DNA of 61,012 nucleotides from Candidatus Omnitrophota bacterium (GTDB lineage Bacteria > Omnitrophota > Omnitrophia > Omnitrophales > JACROU01), in assembly GCA_016214265.1 (NCBI GenBank), contig JACROU010000078.1, forward strand, positions 1 through 61,012. The letters run 5' to 3'. Made by a program: the position numbers and the translations under genes. The notes beneath the pieces were generated by a model. The model did not search any database, was not told where the DNA came from, and saw only the letters and a list, made by a program, of their open reading frames with translations. Numbering within the stretch: position 1 is the stretch's first letter; every line of letters begins with the position of its first letter. Positions 38,273 through 48,118 of the stretch are shown one piece after another.

Positions 38273-38800
38273 ATGCAAAAACTCACCCATCAGGAAATTT
38301 TAAGCTCCCGAACTAAAAACAAAAATTTAGAACGCCTGCCGGTTTGTCTTCTGGCCGATAATATTCGCAGTCTTTATAATGTTGGCAGCCTGTTTCGTCT
38401 GGCCGACGGCGCCCGGCTTGAGCGCATTCTTCTCGCTGGTATTACCGGTACGCCGCCTCAATTGGGGATACGAAAAACCGCTCTAGGTGCCGATGAATGT
38501 GTTCCGTGGGAATATCATGTCGACAGTGTGAAACTGGCCAAACGGCTGTCGAATTTGGGCTATCAGCTGGTGGTGCTCGAGCATGTGGATTCCGCGAAAA
38601 TTCACTGGGAAATTAATTATCAATTTCCGCTGTGTCTGATTGTCGGCAATGAAGTGAGTGGAGTGCGGTCTGAAATTGTTGAACTCGCTGATTATGCGAT
38701 CGAAGTGCCGATGAAAGGCGAGAAGAATTCATTGAATGTTGCGATGGCTGCCGGAGTGGCGGTTTACGAAATGGTGAGGCAGTATGCCCAATTGGGATAG
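38273..38800 (+). CDS. TrmH/SpoU family RNA methyltransferase
   Basis: DNIRSLYNVGSLFR, KTALGA, VGNEVSG, PMKGEKNSLNVA. Confidence 0.92.
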   Translation: MQKLTHQEILSSRTKNKNLERLPVCLLADNIRSLYNVGSLFRLADGARLERILLAGITGTPPQLGIRKTALGADECVPWEYHVDSVKLAKRLSNLGYQLVVLEHVDSAKIHWEINYQFPLCLIVGNEVSGVRSEIVELADYAIEVPMKGEKNSLNVAMAAGVAVYEMVRQYAQLG

Positions 38801-39896
38801 TATCCGCAAAATTGATTTTCCGATTACGCAAAAATTTACTTACCTGGATCATGCCGCTGGCGGAGTAGTTTCGCGTCCGGCGTTTCAAGCGGCGAACGAA
38901 TTTTGGAAGCAGGCTCTTCGAGAAGGCGATTTCCGCTGGATTGAATGGCTTGAACGCAAAGAAGTAGCCCGCCGCCAGATTGCTGCATTTATTAATGCTG
39001 AACCTGAAGAAATCGCGTTTGTTCCAAATACCTCCGAAGGCATGAATCTGATCGCAGAGCTTTTTGACTCGAAAGCAGAGGTGATTGCCAGTGATATGGA
39101 ATTTCCGGCCTCAACGATCCCGTTTCTTTACCGGAAATTTCCGGTCCGTTTTTTGAAGGCTCGCGGCAACAAAACCCTGCCGGAAGATTTCCGGAAAGCG
39201 CTTCGTCCCAAAACAAAAATAATTATTTCCAGCTACGTTCAGTATGCGTCCGGCTTTCGTCAAAATATCCGCGAACTATCCCGTGTTGCGAAACGACATG
39301 GAGCCGTGCTTGTTGTGAACGCGTCACAGGCGCTCGGCGCTTTTCCGATCGACGTGAAGGCGCTCGGCATCGATTGTCTTGCCGCGAACAGCTACAAATG
39401 GATGCTGGCGGGCTACGGCGGAGGTATCGTGTTTGTCCGTAAAGGCCTGCTTCGGAAAAGGAAACCCCGGTTCGCCGGATGGAGAAGTGTGAATGAACCT
39501 GATTGTTACGATAATCGCCGGATTGATGTGAAATCGGAGGCATCCCGCTATGAGTATGGAGGGCCGGCTTTCCCGAACTTTTTCGCGTTGGGCACCGCTT
39601 GCGATTATTTGACTTCAATCGGTAAAGAGGCAATCGCCAAGCGAATTCTTAGTTTGACGGATTATTTAGTCGATGAACTGAGAGCGCATTCAATACCCGT
39701 TTTGTCGCCGCTTGAGCCAGAATTCCGATCAGGCATTGTTATCGCGAAAGTCCAAAATCCGGCGGAGACTTCAAAGAAATTATTTCGCCATAAAATTTTC
39801 GCCATCCCCAGAGGCGAAGGGCTTCGCATTGCGCCGCATTTTTATAATAATGAGTCGGATGTGGACCGCCTCATCCGATTCCTAAGAAAGGGATAA
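38784..39896 (+). CDS. class V PLP-dependent aminotransferase family enzyme
   Basis: YLDHAA, NTSEG, NASQALG, SYKWML (PLP lysine), RIAPHFYN. Confidence 0.88.
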   Translation: MPNWDSIRKIDFPITQKFTYLDHAAGGVVSRPAFQAANEFWKQALREGDFRWIEWLERKEVARRQIAAFINAEPEEIAFVPNTSEGMNLIAELFDSKAEVIASDMEFPASTIPFLYRKFPVRFLKARGNKTLPEDFRKALRPKTKIIISSYVQYASGFRQNIRELSRVAKRHGAVLVVNASQALGAFPIDVKALGIDCLAANSYKWMLAGYGGGIVFVRKGLLRKRKPRFAGWRSVNEPDCYDNRRIDVKSEASRYEYGGPAFPNFFALGTACDYLTSIGKEAIAKRILSLTDYLVDELRAHSIPVLSPLEPEFRSGIVIAKVQNPAETSKKLFRHKIFAIPRGEGLRIAPHFYNNESDVDRLIRFLRKG

Positions 39897-39897
39897 G

Positions 39898-39999
39898 ATG
39901 AAACCTCATCACAAAGTAATTTGGATTGCGATAGTGATCGCTGCATTGCTGTTTTTGGCCATTATTTTCTTGCCCAGGGTTATGCATGGAACAAATTGA
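39898..39999 (+). CDS. putative 33-aa single-pass membrane protein (below ORF-track cutoff)
   Basis: MKPHHKVIWIAIVIAALLFLAIIFLPRVMHGTN*; starts 1 nt after the previous stop and overlaps the next start. Confidence 0.55.
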   Translation: MKPHHKVIWIAIVIAALLFLAIIFLPRVMHGTN

Positions 40000-41512
40000 A
40001 GTCGATGTTTTGTTCGTCGGCGCCGGACCTGCTTCGTTAGCCGCGGCGTATCGTCTGTCCGCACTCATTAAGAAAAATAATCTCCCCAATATTTCCATCG
40101 CCATCATTGAAAAGTCCAAAGAACCGGGCGATCACATTCTCTCTGGCGCTGTGATGGATCCATCCGCGCTTCGGGAGCTCATCCCGGATTTTATCGAGCG
40201 GGGCGCTCCGGTGGATACTCCGGTTAAGCGGGATGACGTGATGTTCCTGACACGCAATGGAAAATTTACTTTTCCGATTCTTCCCCCAGCATTTCAAAAT
40301 CACGGAAATTTTATTCTTTCAGCAGGAAAGTTGACTCAGTGGCTTGGCGAGCAGGTTCAAAAAATGGGGGTCGATATTTTTTTTGCGACGCCCGGCGCTG
40401 AGATTTTATACGACGGTGAGCGTGTCATCGGTGTCCGCACCGCTCCTCGGGGGCTGAATAAGTCAGGCGAGAAAAAAAACAATTTTCAGCCGGAGGTCGA
40501 CATTAAAGCCAAAGTCACGATTTTGGGCGAGGGAGCTTTCGGATCGCTGTCTCAATCTTTGATTCAGAAATTAAATTTGTCTCTTGGAAAAAAACGCCAG
40601 CACTTTTCTCTTGGGGTCAAAGAGATTTGGGAAATTTCCCGTGAAAACCATGAAGAAGCGCGCGTCATTCATACGCTCGGATTTCCCCTCAAATTCGGGA
40701 CATTCGGAGGCGGATGGATTTATCAGATGAAAAATAATCAGGTCTCGATCGGATTTGTCGTCGGGCTTGATTATTCCAATCCGGATATGGATGTTCAAGA
40801 GGAACTTCAAAAATACAAAACGCATCCTCTGATCGCCAAGCTGCTCACCGGCGGAAAACAAATTGCCTACGGCGCAAAAACGATTTCGGAGGGTGGTTAT
40901 TTTTCTATGCCTCGACTTTATGGCGACGGTTTTCTGTTGATTGGGGAAAGTGGGGGATTTCTGAATCTCGCGCGTCTGAAAGGAATTCATTTGGCAATGA
41001 AATCGGGAATGCTCGCCGCCGAGACCGTTGTTGAATCCTTAAGGAAAAACGATTTCTCAAAAGCCGCTCTTTCAGATTATGAAAAACGTTTTGAAGCCAG
41101 CTGGGCAAAAAAAGAATTGTGGAACTCTCGTTACTTTTATCAAATTTTCAATCCCGGAAAAAAAGAAGATTGGCAAACGCTTCGTTATCAGCCCAGGCTT
41201 TCGAAAAGGGATAGGAGCAATAAACTTTCCGATCTCTATCTTTCCGGCGTTTATCACGAGGAAGATCAGCCGAGTCACATCGTGATTCTGGACAACAACA
41301 TTTGCCACATGCGCTGCCGTCAGGAATATGGAAATCCGTGCCAGAATTTCTGCCCGGCCGGGGTGTTTGAAATTGTCGGCGATGAGAAACTGCTTCGACT
41401 CAGTCCTTCAAACTGTGTGCATTGCAAAACCTGCCAAATCAAAGATCCCTACCAAATTGTCCTCTGGAAAGTCCCCGAAGGCGGGGGCGGTCCGCGCTAT
41501 AAAAGCATGTAA
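39986..41512 (+). CDS. electron transfer flavoprotein-quinone oxidoreductase
   Basis: VGAGPA FAD motif, HILSGA, KGIHLAMKSG, HEEDQPSH, FCPAGVFE, NCVHCKTC, PEGGGGP. Confidence 0.92.
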   Translation: MEQIEVDVLFVGAGPASLAAAYRLSALIKKNNLPNISIAIIEKSKEPGDHILSGAVMDPSALRELIPDFIERGAPVDTPVKRDDVMFLTRNGKFTFPILPPAFQNHGNFILSAGKLTQWLGEQVQKMGVDIFFATPGAEILYDGERVIGVRTAPRGLNKSGEKKNNFQPEVDIKAKVTILGEGAFGSLSQSLIQKLNLSLGKKRQHFSLGVKEIWEISRENHEEARVIHTLGFPLKFGTFGGGWIYQMKNNQVSIGFVVGLDYSNPDMDVQEELQKYKTHPLIAKLLTGGKQIAYGAKTISEGGYFSMPRLYGDGFLLIGESGGFLNLARLKGIHLAMKSGMLAAETVVESLRKNDFSKAALSDYEKRFEASWAKKELWNSRYFYQIFNPGKKEDWQTLRYQPRLSKRDRSNKLSDLYLSGVYHEEDQPSHIVILDNNICHMRCRQEYGNPCQNFCPAGVFEIVGDEKLLRLSPSNCVHCKTCQIKDPYQIVLWKVPEGGGGPRYKSM

Positions 41513-41591
41513 GACGGGGGTGGGCTGTCTTGCTTTTCACCCGTTATTCGAGTATCATACCCCGCTTTATTCAGATAGTTCCGGAGGCGTT

Positions 41592-42869
41592 ATGCGGTCT
41601 ATCCATGTGGGACTTCTCGGGTTAGGACAAATTGGTTCCGGGCTATATAAACTTATTAGCCGGAAAAGCAGTTTTTGTGAGCGTCGCTACGGTGTCCGTT
41701 TCGAAATTTCGAAAATTCTCGTGAAAAATCTCAAGAAAAAACGTTTTCCGGGATTAAATTCGCGCCTTATCACTTCGGATGCCAATCAGATTTTGGATGA
41801 TCCGTCTATCGACGTGATTGTGGAACTCATCGGCGGTATTCTGCCCGCCAAGAAATTGATTATCGAAGCACTTCGTAAAGGCAAGGATGTGATTACGGCC
41901 AACAAGGCCCTTTTAGCCGAAGAAGGTGAGGAGATATTTACGTTGGCGCGCAAGCTGGACCGTCAGGTTTTTTTCGAAGCCAGTGTTGGCGGAGGCATTC
42001 CGGTAATTAAAACTCTGCGTGAAGGACTTTCGGCCAATCGTATCGATTCGATTTTGGGCATCGTCAATGGAACCTGCAATTACATTTTGACTCAGATGAG
42101 TCACGGAGGTATGGATTTTGACGCGGCGCTTAGGCAGGCTCAGGAAAAAGGATTTGCCGAAGCCGATCCCAGTTTTGACATCGATGGCATTGATTCCGCA
42201 CACAAAATGGCTGTGTTAGCGCGGCTTGCGTTTGAACAACCCATTCCTTTTCGGGAAGTTTATTGCGAAGGTATACGACACATTGCTGAGCAGGACATCA
42301 CTTTCGCTAAAGATTTTGGTTATTGCATCAAGTTGCTGGCAATTGCCAAGCGTGAGAAAGACGGAATTGAGGCGCGTATTCAGCCGACGCTTGTTCCGAA
42401 AGATCATATTCTTGCGAAAGTGGATGGTTCGTTTAACGCGATTCTTTTTGACGGCGATGAAGTAGGTGAAATCCTGCTTTATGGCAAAGGCGCGGGCCCT
42501 GAACCCACGGCCAGTGCGGTGATGAGCGATCTGATCGACTGGTCAAAAGGAATCGAAAGTAAATTACCCGCGGATGGTGAAAAGCCGCTTAAAATAAAAA
42601 GTATTTCCACGATTTTGTCGCGCTACTACCTGAGATTTTCTGTGCTGGATCAGCCTGGTGCACTGTCGAAAATCGCGGGCGTGCTGGGTAAGCACAATGT
42701 CAGCATTTCTGATGTGATTCAGACGGAGCGGAAAAGCGGGACGGTGGTTCCGCTGATTTTGTTGACGCATCATGTGCATGAAAAAGATATTCGCGAAGCC
42801 ATCCGCATTATTGATGGAATGAAAACGATGATTCGCGCCAAATCAAGATTGATTCGAATCGAGGCCTAA
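41592..42869 (+). CDS. hom: homoserine dehydrogenase
   Basis: RBS GGAGG then ATG 41592; GLGQIG, TANKA, FEASVGGGIP, NGTCNYIL, GAGPEPTASAV, C-terminal ACT domain. Confidence 0.95.
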   Translation: MRSIHVGLLGLGQIGSGLYKLISRKSSFCERRYGVRFEISKILVKNLKKKRFPGLNSRLITSDANQILDDPSIDVIVELIGGILPAKKLIIEALRKGKDVITANKALLAEEGEEIFTLARKLDRQVFFEASVGGGIPVIKTLREGLSANRIDSILGIVNGTCNYILTQMSHGGMDFDAALRQAQEKGFAEADPSFDIDGIDSAHKMAVLARLAFEQPIPFREVYCEGIRHIAEQDITFAKDFGYCIKLLAIAKREKDGIEARIQPTLVPKDHILAKVDGSFNAILFDGDEVGEILLYGKGAGPEPTASAVMSDLIDWSKGIESKLPADGEKPLKIKSISTILSRYYLRFSVLDQPGALSKIAGVLGKHNVSISDVIQTERKSGTVVPLILLTHHVHEKDIREAIRIIDGMKTMIRAKSRLIRIEA

Positions 42870-42873
42870 CCTA

Positions 42874-43950
42874 ATGCCAAAAAAAATTGAGAAAAAAATA
42901 GGAATTATTGAACGATACGCGGAATTTCTACCCATTACGGTGAATACACCAATTGTATCTTTGAATGAAGGTAATACGCCGCTTATTCTGTCGGAGGCGC
43001 TTCCGAAAGAGTTCAATTTGAACTTGAGAATTTACTACAAGTTCGAGGGATTGAATCCGACCGGATCTTTCAAAGACCGTGGCATGACGATGGCCGTCTC
43101 GAAAGCGATTGAGGAAGGGTTCAAGGCAATTGTTTGCGCCTCCACCGGAAACACATCCGCTTCTGCGGCGGCATATGCGTCGCGGTCGGGACTGAAATGT
43201 TACGTGTTTGTTCCGGAAGGCAATATCGCGAAAGGAAAGTTGGTTCAGGCGTACCGCTATGGCGCGACGGTGATTTCCGTGCGCGGTAATTTTGACGACG
43301 CGCTTCGGCTCGTCAAAGAAATCGCAGAGAAATATCCGATTAAACTCGTTAATTCAGTGAATCCGTATCGGATTGAAGGACAGAAGTCCGCGGCGTTTGA
43401 AATTTGCGACGAGTTGGGCGATGCGCCAGAATATCATTTAATTCCGGTCGGTAACGCGGGAAATATCACGGCGTACTGGAAAGGCTACAAAGAATATAAG
43501 GCTAAAGGATTATCCGAAACGCTTCCGATCATGTGTGGTTTTCAGGCGGCTGGATCCGCGCCGATTGTGCTGGGTCACATTGTCGAAAAACCGCAAACGA
43601 TTGCGACGGCTATCAAAATTGGAAATCCGGCGAGCTGGAAACAGGCCGAAGCCGCGCGCGATGAATCCGGCGGACTGATCGAAGCGGTGACCGACGAGGA
43701 AATTGGCTGGGCCTATCGATTTATCGCGGAGCGAGACGGTGTTTTCGCCGAGCCGGCTTCCGCGGCTTCTGTGGCCGGTTTGATCAAGCTGGCGAAGCGA
43801 AATTATTTCAAGCCCGGCAGCCGCGTGGTGTGTACGCTGACCGGTTCAGGATTAAAAGATCCGGATTATGCGATGAGTTTTGATGACAAGATGACCAGTG
43901 TGGCCCCGAATATTGAAGAAGTGCTCAAAGTGATGGGGCTCAAAAAATGA
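42874..43950 (+). CDS. thrC: threonine synthase
   Basis: EGNTPL, NPTGSFKDRG, CASTGNTSAS, PVGNAGN, TGSGLKDP. Confidence 0.96.
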   Translation: MPKKIEKKIGIIERYAEFLPITVNTPIVSLNEGNTPLILSEALPKEFNLNLRIYYKFEGLNPTGSFKDRGMTMAVSKAIEEGFKAIVCASTGNTSASAAAYASRSGLKCYVFVPEGNIAKGKLVQAYRYGATVISVRGNFDDALRLVKEIAEKYPIKLVNSVNPYRIEGQKSAAFEICDELGDAPEYHLIPVGNAGNITAYWKGYKEYKAKGLSETLPIMCGFQAAGSAPIVLGHIVEKPQTIATAIKIGNPASWKQAEAARDESGGLIEAVTDEEIGWAYRFIAERDGVFAEPASAASVAGLIKLAKRNYFKPGSRVVCTLTGSGLKDPDYAMSFDDKMTSVAPNIEEVLKVMGLKK

Positions 43951-45140
43951 AATACATCGTTCTTGTTCCCGACGGAGTCAGTGATCACGCCTGTGACGAG
44001 CTGAACGGGAAAACGCCGCTTGAAGCCGCGTCGATCCCCAATATGAATTGGTTTTCGAAAATCGGGCGGATGGGAGCCGCCAATACGATTCCGGATGGCT
44101 TGCTTCCGGGATCCGATGTCGGGCATCTTTCGATTTTGGGGTATGACCCCAAAACCTGCTACACCGGCCGCGCCCCGATTGAAGCTGCCAGCATGGGGAT
44201 CGGACTGAAAGATGGTGAAGTCGCGTTCCGTATGAATTTGATTACCGAAGCCGACGGCAAGCTGATCGATTACAGCGCCGGACATATCAGCACAAAAGAA
44301 GCGCAATCGATTGTGAATTTTTTGAAAACGCGTCTGGATTCCGATCGTGTGAAACTGCATCCAGGCATTCAATACCGCCACATTGCCGTTATCAGCGATC
44401 CGGAGGGAATCGAGGGGCTTTCGGCGAAATGCACACCGCCGCACGATATTCAGGGCAAGGCGTTTGACGAATATTTGCCTAAGGGCCATGGCGCTGAGAT
44501 GCTTAAAAAAGTGATGGATGAAGCGCGCATTTTGTTGCGCGATCACGAAGTCAATCGCGTGCGTGTTGATCTGAAAGAAAATCCGGCTAACATGATTTGG
44601 TTTTGGGGCCAGGGCGTGATGCCGAAGATCGAGAGCTTTCAGAAGAAATTCGGCAAAACCGGCTCGCTGATTTCTGCCGTGGATTTGGTGAAGGGCATCG
44701 GGCACCTCGCCGGTCTTGAGATTTTGAAGGTTCCCGGAATTACCGGCTACATCGACACCAATTATGAAGGCAAGGTAGAGTACGGCCTGAAAAGTTTGGA
44801 AAAAAAAGATCTGACTTACATTCACGTTGAGGCGACGGATGAAGCCGGTCATGAAGGCAATGTGAAACTGAAAATTATGGCTATCGAGGATTTTGACAAA
44901 AAAGTCGTGGGGCCGATTCGGGAGTACGTGAAATCGCATCCCGCGACTCGCGTGTTGATTATGCCGGATCATTCCACATCCTGCAAAGTGAAGACGCATG
45001 TGCGCGGGAGTGTTCCGTTTGTGATGGCCGGGGAAGGTATTGAGCGTGCCGGGGCCGATGAATTTACCGAATCCGCCGCCGCCGCCTCTTCCGTCCAAGT
45101 GCCGCAAGCGCATCATTTGATGAGAGAGTTTTTGAGTTAG
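43947..45140 (+). CDS. apgM: ApgM-type cofactor-independent phosphoglycerate mutase family protein (proposed homoserine kinase subfamily)
   Basis: [38 protein letters not shown]. Confidence 0.85.
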   Translation: MKYIVLVPDGVSDHACDELNGKTPLEAASIPNMNWFSKIGRMGAANTIPDGLLPGSDVGHLSILGYDPKTCYTGRAPIEAASMGIGLKDGEVAFRMNLITEADGKLIDYSAGHISTKEAQSIVNFLKTRLDSDRVKLHPGIQYRHIAVISDPEGIEGLSAKCTPPHDIQGKAFDEYLPKGHGAEMLKKVMDEARILLRDHEVNRVRVDLKENPANMIWFWGQGVMPKIESFQKKFGKTGSLISAVDLVKGIGHLAGLEILKVPGITGYIDTNYEGKVEYGLKSLEKKDLTYIHVEATDEAGHEGNVKLKIMAIEDFDKKVVGPIREYVKSHPATRVLIMPDHSTSCKVKTHVRGSVPFVMAGEGIERAGADEFTESAAAASSVQVPQAHHLMREFLS

Positions 45141-45141
45141 T

Positions 45142-45172
45142 TGTAGGGGCGACCCTCGTGGTCGCCCCTACA
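45142..45172. repeat. GTAG-family REP palindrome
   Basis: TGTAGGGGCGACC-CTCGT-GGTCGCCCCTACA. Confidence 0.8.
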
Positions 45173-45228
45173 CGCCTTCGCGCGTTCAGAATGACAATAT
45201 GGTATTTTCGAGATACCGGAGTTTTATA

Positions 45229-46449
45229 ATGATTATCGTTCAAAAATTTGGCGGCAGTTCAGTTGCTAATGTAAAAAAAATTAAAAATGTGGCCCGCCGC
45301 ATTGTCAGCACAAAGCGGAAAGGTTACGACGTTGTGGTCGTGGTTTCCGCACCCGGAGACACGACGGATGATTTGATTGAATTGGCCGGAAAAATTTCGA
45401 AGATCCCGAGTCGTCGGGAAATGGATATGCTACTTTCAACCGGAGAACAGATGTCGGTCGCGCTCCTCGCGATGGCGATTCATGAATTGGGCGAAGATGC
45501 CGTGTCGATGACCGGCTATCAAGTCGGAATTATTACTGATGATGTTCACGGGTCGGCGAAGATCGAGGATATTCATTCCGGGCGCATGCTGGAAGAACTA
45601 AAAAAAGGCAAAGTGGTGATTGTGGCGGGGTTTCAGGGGAAAACTCCGAATCATGAGATTACGACATTGGGCCGCGGTGGTTCCGATTTGACGGCGGTGG
45701 CGCTTGCCAGCGTGCTGAAGGCGAAGGTATGTGAAATTTACACGGACGTTGACGGGGTTTACACCACAGATCCCAGGATTTGTAAAGACGCACGGAAACT
45801 CGATGAGATCAGCTATGAAGAAATGATGGAGATGGCCGCGCTCGGCGCGAAAGTGATGCAGAGCCGCTCCGTGGAGGTTGGTAAGAAATATGACATTCCG
45901 ATTTTAGTCAGAAACAGCATGAACCATACTCAAGGGACTTTGATTACGAAGGAGAATAAGAAAATGGAAAAAGTTTTAGTGAGTGGTGTGACCATCAATG
46001 AAGATGAAGCGAAAGTAACCCTTTTGAAAGTTCCGGACAAACCCGGAATTGCCGCCAAAGTGTTTCAGAAAATCGCGGAAAAAAATATTAACGTCGATAT
46101 GATCATTCAGAACAAGTCGACCACCAATTACAACGATATTTCGTTTACGGTAATGCGTTCGGATCTGAAGCGATCACTGCCGGTGGTTCGCGAAGCCGCC
46201 AATCTGGTTAAGGCGCGGGGAATTCAGGTGGATGACAAGATCGCCAAGGTTAGCATCGTCGGCGTCGGTATGAAATCGCATTCCGGTGTGGCCGCAAAAA
46301 TGTTCAGCGCGCTGGCCGAAAAAGGAATCAATATTGACATGATTTCCACTTCCGAGATCAAGATTTCGTGCGTGGTGGACGGGCGCAGGGGCAAAGACGC
46401 GGTTAAAGTGCTTCACAAAAAGTTTGAATTGGGAAAGAAGAGCAAATGA
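45229..46449 (+). CDS. lysC: aspartate kinase
   Basis: [24 protein letters not shown], two ACT domains, STSEIKIS. Confidence 0.96.
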   Translation: MIIVQKFGGSSVANVKKIKNVARRIVSTKRKGYDVVVVVSAPGDTTDDLIELAGKISKIPSRREMDMLLSTGEQMSVALLAMAIHELGEDAVSMTGYQVGIITDDVHGSAKIEDIHSGRMLEELKKGKVVIVAGFQGKTPNHEITTLGRGGSDLTAVALASVLKAKVCEIYTDVDGVYTTDPRICKDARKLDEISYEEMMEMAALGAKVMQSRSVEVGKKYDIPILVRNSMNHTQGTLITKENKKMEKVLVSGVTINEDEAKVTLLKVPDKPGIAAKVFQKIAEKNINVDMIIQNKSTTNYNDISFTVMRSDLKRSLPVVREAANLVKARGIQVDDKIAKVSIVGVGMKSHSGVAAKMFSALAEKGINIDMISTSEIKISCVVDGRRGKDAVKVLHKKFELGKKSK

Positions 46450-48011
46450 AAATCACAATCTATGACACAACGTTAAGAGACGGGACGCAGGGCGAGGGAA
46501 TGAGTCTGTCCCTCGATGACAAATTGAAGCTGGCCAAACGGCTGGATCAATTCGGCATTCATTACATTGAGGGCGGCTGGCCGGGTTCCAATCCGAAGGA
46601 TATGGAATTCTTCAAAGAGGTCAAGAAACTGAAACTCAAGCACGCGAAAATCGCCGCTTTTGGTTCCACGCGCCGCGCCAACATCAAAGTGACTCAGGAT
46701 GATAATTTGGCCAAAATTCTTGAGACGAAAACCGAAGCGGCCACGATTTTTGGCAAAACCTGGGATTTTCACGTCAAAGAAGTTCTGAAAACGACGCCGA
46801 AAGAAAATCTGGCGATGATTGAGGAGTCTGTTGCTTATTTGAAATCCAAAGGTTTAGAAGTGATTTACGACGCCGAACATTTTTTTGACGGTTACAAAGC
46901 CAATCCGAAATACGCGGTGGAGACGTTGCGAGCAGCGGAGAAGGGTGGAGCCAGTTATTTGGTGCTTTGTGACACGAACGGCGGCACATTGCCGACCGAA
47001 GTGTTCGACTTCATCACGAAAATTAAAAAAGAAGTGAAAACCCCGCTCGGTATTCACTGTCACAACGATTGTAATCTGGGTGTAGCTAATTCTATCGCCG
47101 CGATTCAGGCCGGAGCCGGACAGGTTCAGGGAACCATCAACGGTTACGGCGAACGTTGCGGCAACGCGAATCTGACGAGCGTGATTCCGGTACTGGTGCT
47201 GAAAATGGGAATTCCGGTGATGCCGCAAGAAAAAATGAAAGAGTTGACCGAGCTCAGTCGGTATGTCACCGAAGTGTGCAATATGCCGCTTGAGCGTAAT
47301 CAGCCGTTTGTCGGCAAGTCGGCGTTTGCCCACAAAGGCGGCGTGCATGTCAACGCGATGGTGAAAAATGCCAGGACGTATGAGCATATCGATCCCAAGC
47401 TGGTCGGCAACGCGACACGTTTTCTGGTTTCCGAACTTTCCGGAAAGTCGAATGTGCTTGTGAAGGCGAAAGAGTTATCGCTTGATATGGATAGCGAATC
47501 GCCCGAGACGCGGAAAATTCTGGAGAAAGTCCGCGAGCTTGAAAATCAAGGCTATCAATTCGAAGCTGCGGAAGCGTCGTTCGATCTTCTGATGCGCCGC
47601 ATGATGGGCAAAGAAAAGAAATTTTTCGAGCTGATGGAAGCGCATGTCCACGATGAGCTGTTGAAAGATGGTAAAGTTAATTCCAACGCCACGGTGAAAC
47701 TTCGTATCAACGGGGTGGTAGAACATACTGCCGCGGAAGGCGACGGACCTGTCAACGCGCTGGATAAGGCTCTGCGCAAGGCTCTGATCAAATTTTTCCC
47801 TGTTGTCGAAAAAATACACCTCATCGATTTTAAAGTGCGCGTGATTAATGAATCTGCCGGCACGGCCGGCCGTGTGCGCGTGTTCATCACGTTTCAGGAC
47901 GAGAAAGACACGTGGACCACGGTGGGTGTGTCCGAAAACATTATCGAAGCCAGCTGGCAAGCGCTCGTCGAAGCAGTTGAGTATAAATTGTTGAAAGGCG
48001 AAAAGATTTAA
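46446..48011 (+). CDS. cimA: citramalate synthase
   Basis: [52 protein letters not shown]. Confidence 0.92.
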   Translation: MKITIYDTTLRDGTQGEGMSLSLDDKLKLAKRLDQFGIHYIEGGWPGSNPKDMEFFKEVKKLKLKHAKIAAFGSTRRANIKVTQDDNLAKILETKTEAATIFGKTWDFHVKEVLKTTPKENLAMIEESVAYLKSKGLEVIYDAEHFFDGYKANPKYAVETLRAAEKGGASYLVLCDTNGGTLPTEVFDFITKIKKEVKTPLGIHCHNDCNLGVANSIAAIQAGAGQVQGTINGYGERCGNANLTSVIPVLVLKMGIPVMPQEKMKELTELSRYVTEVCNMPLERNQPFVGKSAFAHKGGVHVNAMVKNARTYEHIDPKLVGNATRFLVSELSGKSNVLVKAKELSLDMDSESPETRKILEKVRELENQGYQFEAAEASFDLLMRRMMGKEKKFFELMEAHVHDELLKDGKVNSNATVKLRINGVVEHTAAEGDGPVNALDKALRKALIKFFPVVEKIHLIDFKVRVINESAGTAGRVRVFITFQDEKDTWTTVGVSENIIEASWQALVEAVEYKLLKGEKI

Positions 48012-48013
48012 TA

Positions 48014-48090
48014 GTGTCGAATGACGAATGACGAATGTCGATCTGGAACGCCGCGTTTTTTTTCGACATTTGACATTCGAAATTCGACAT
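48014..48090. repeat. second-type 7-mer tandem-repeat hairpin
   Basis: TGTC GAATGAC GAATGAC GAATGTC GA ... TC GACATTT GACATTC GAAATTC GACAT. Confidence 0.75.
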
Positions 48091-48118
48091 TTTTATTTTG
48101 AGAATGTGAAATTTTATT

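Noticed and set aside
48012-48118. T-box riboswitch before valS
   Set aside because: The gap is too short, has no T-box consensus and is filled by the 7-mer hairpin.
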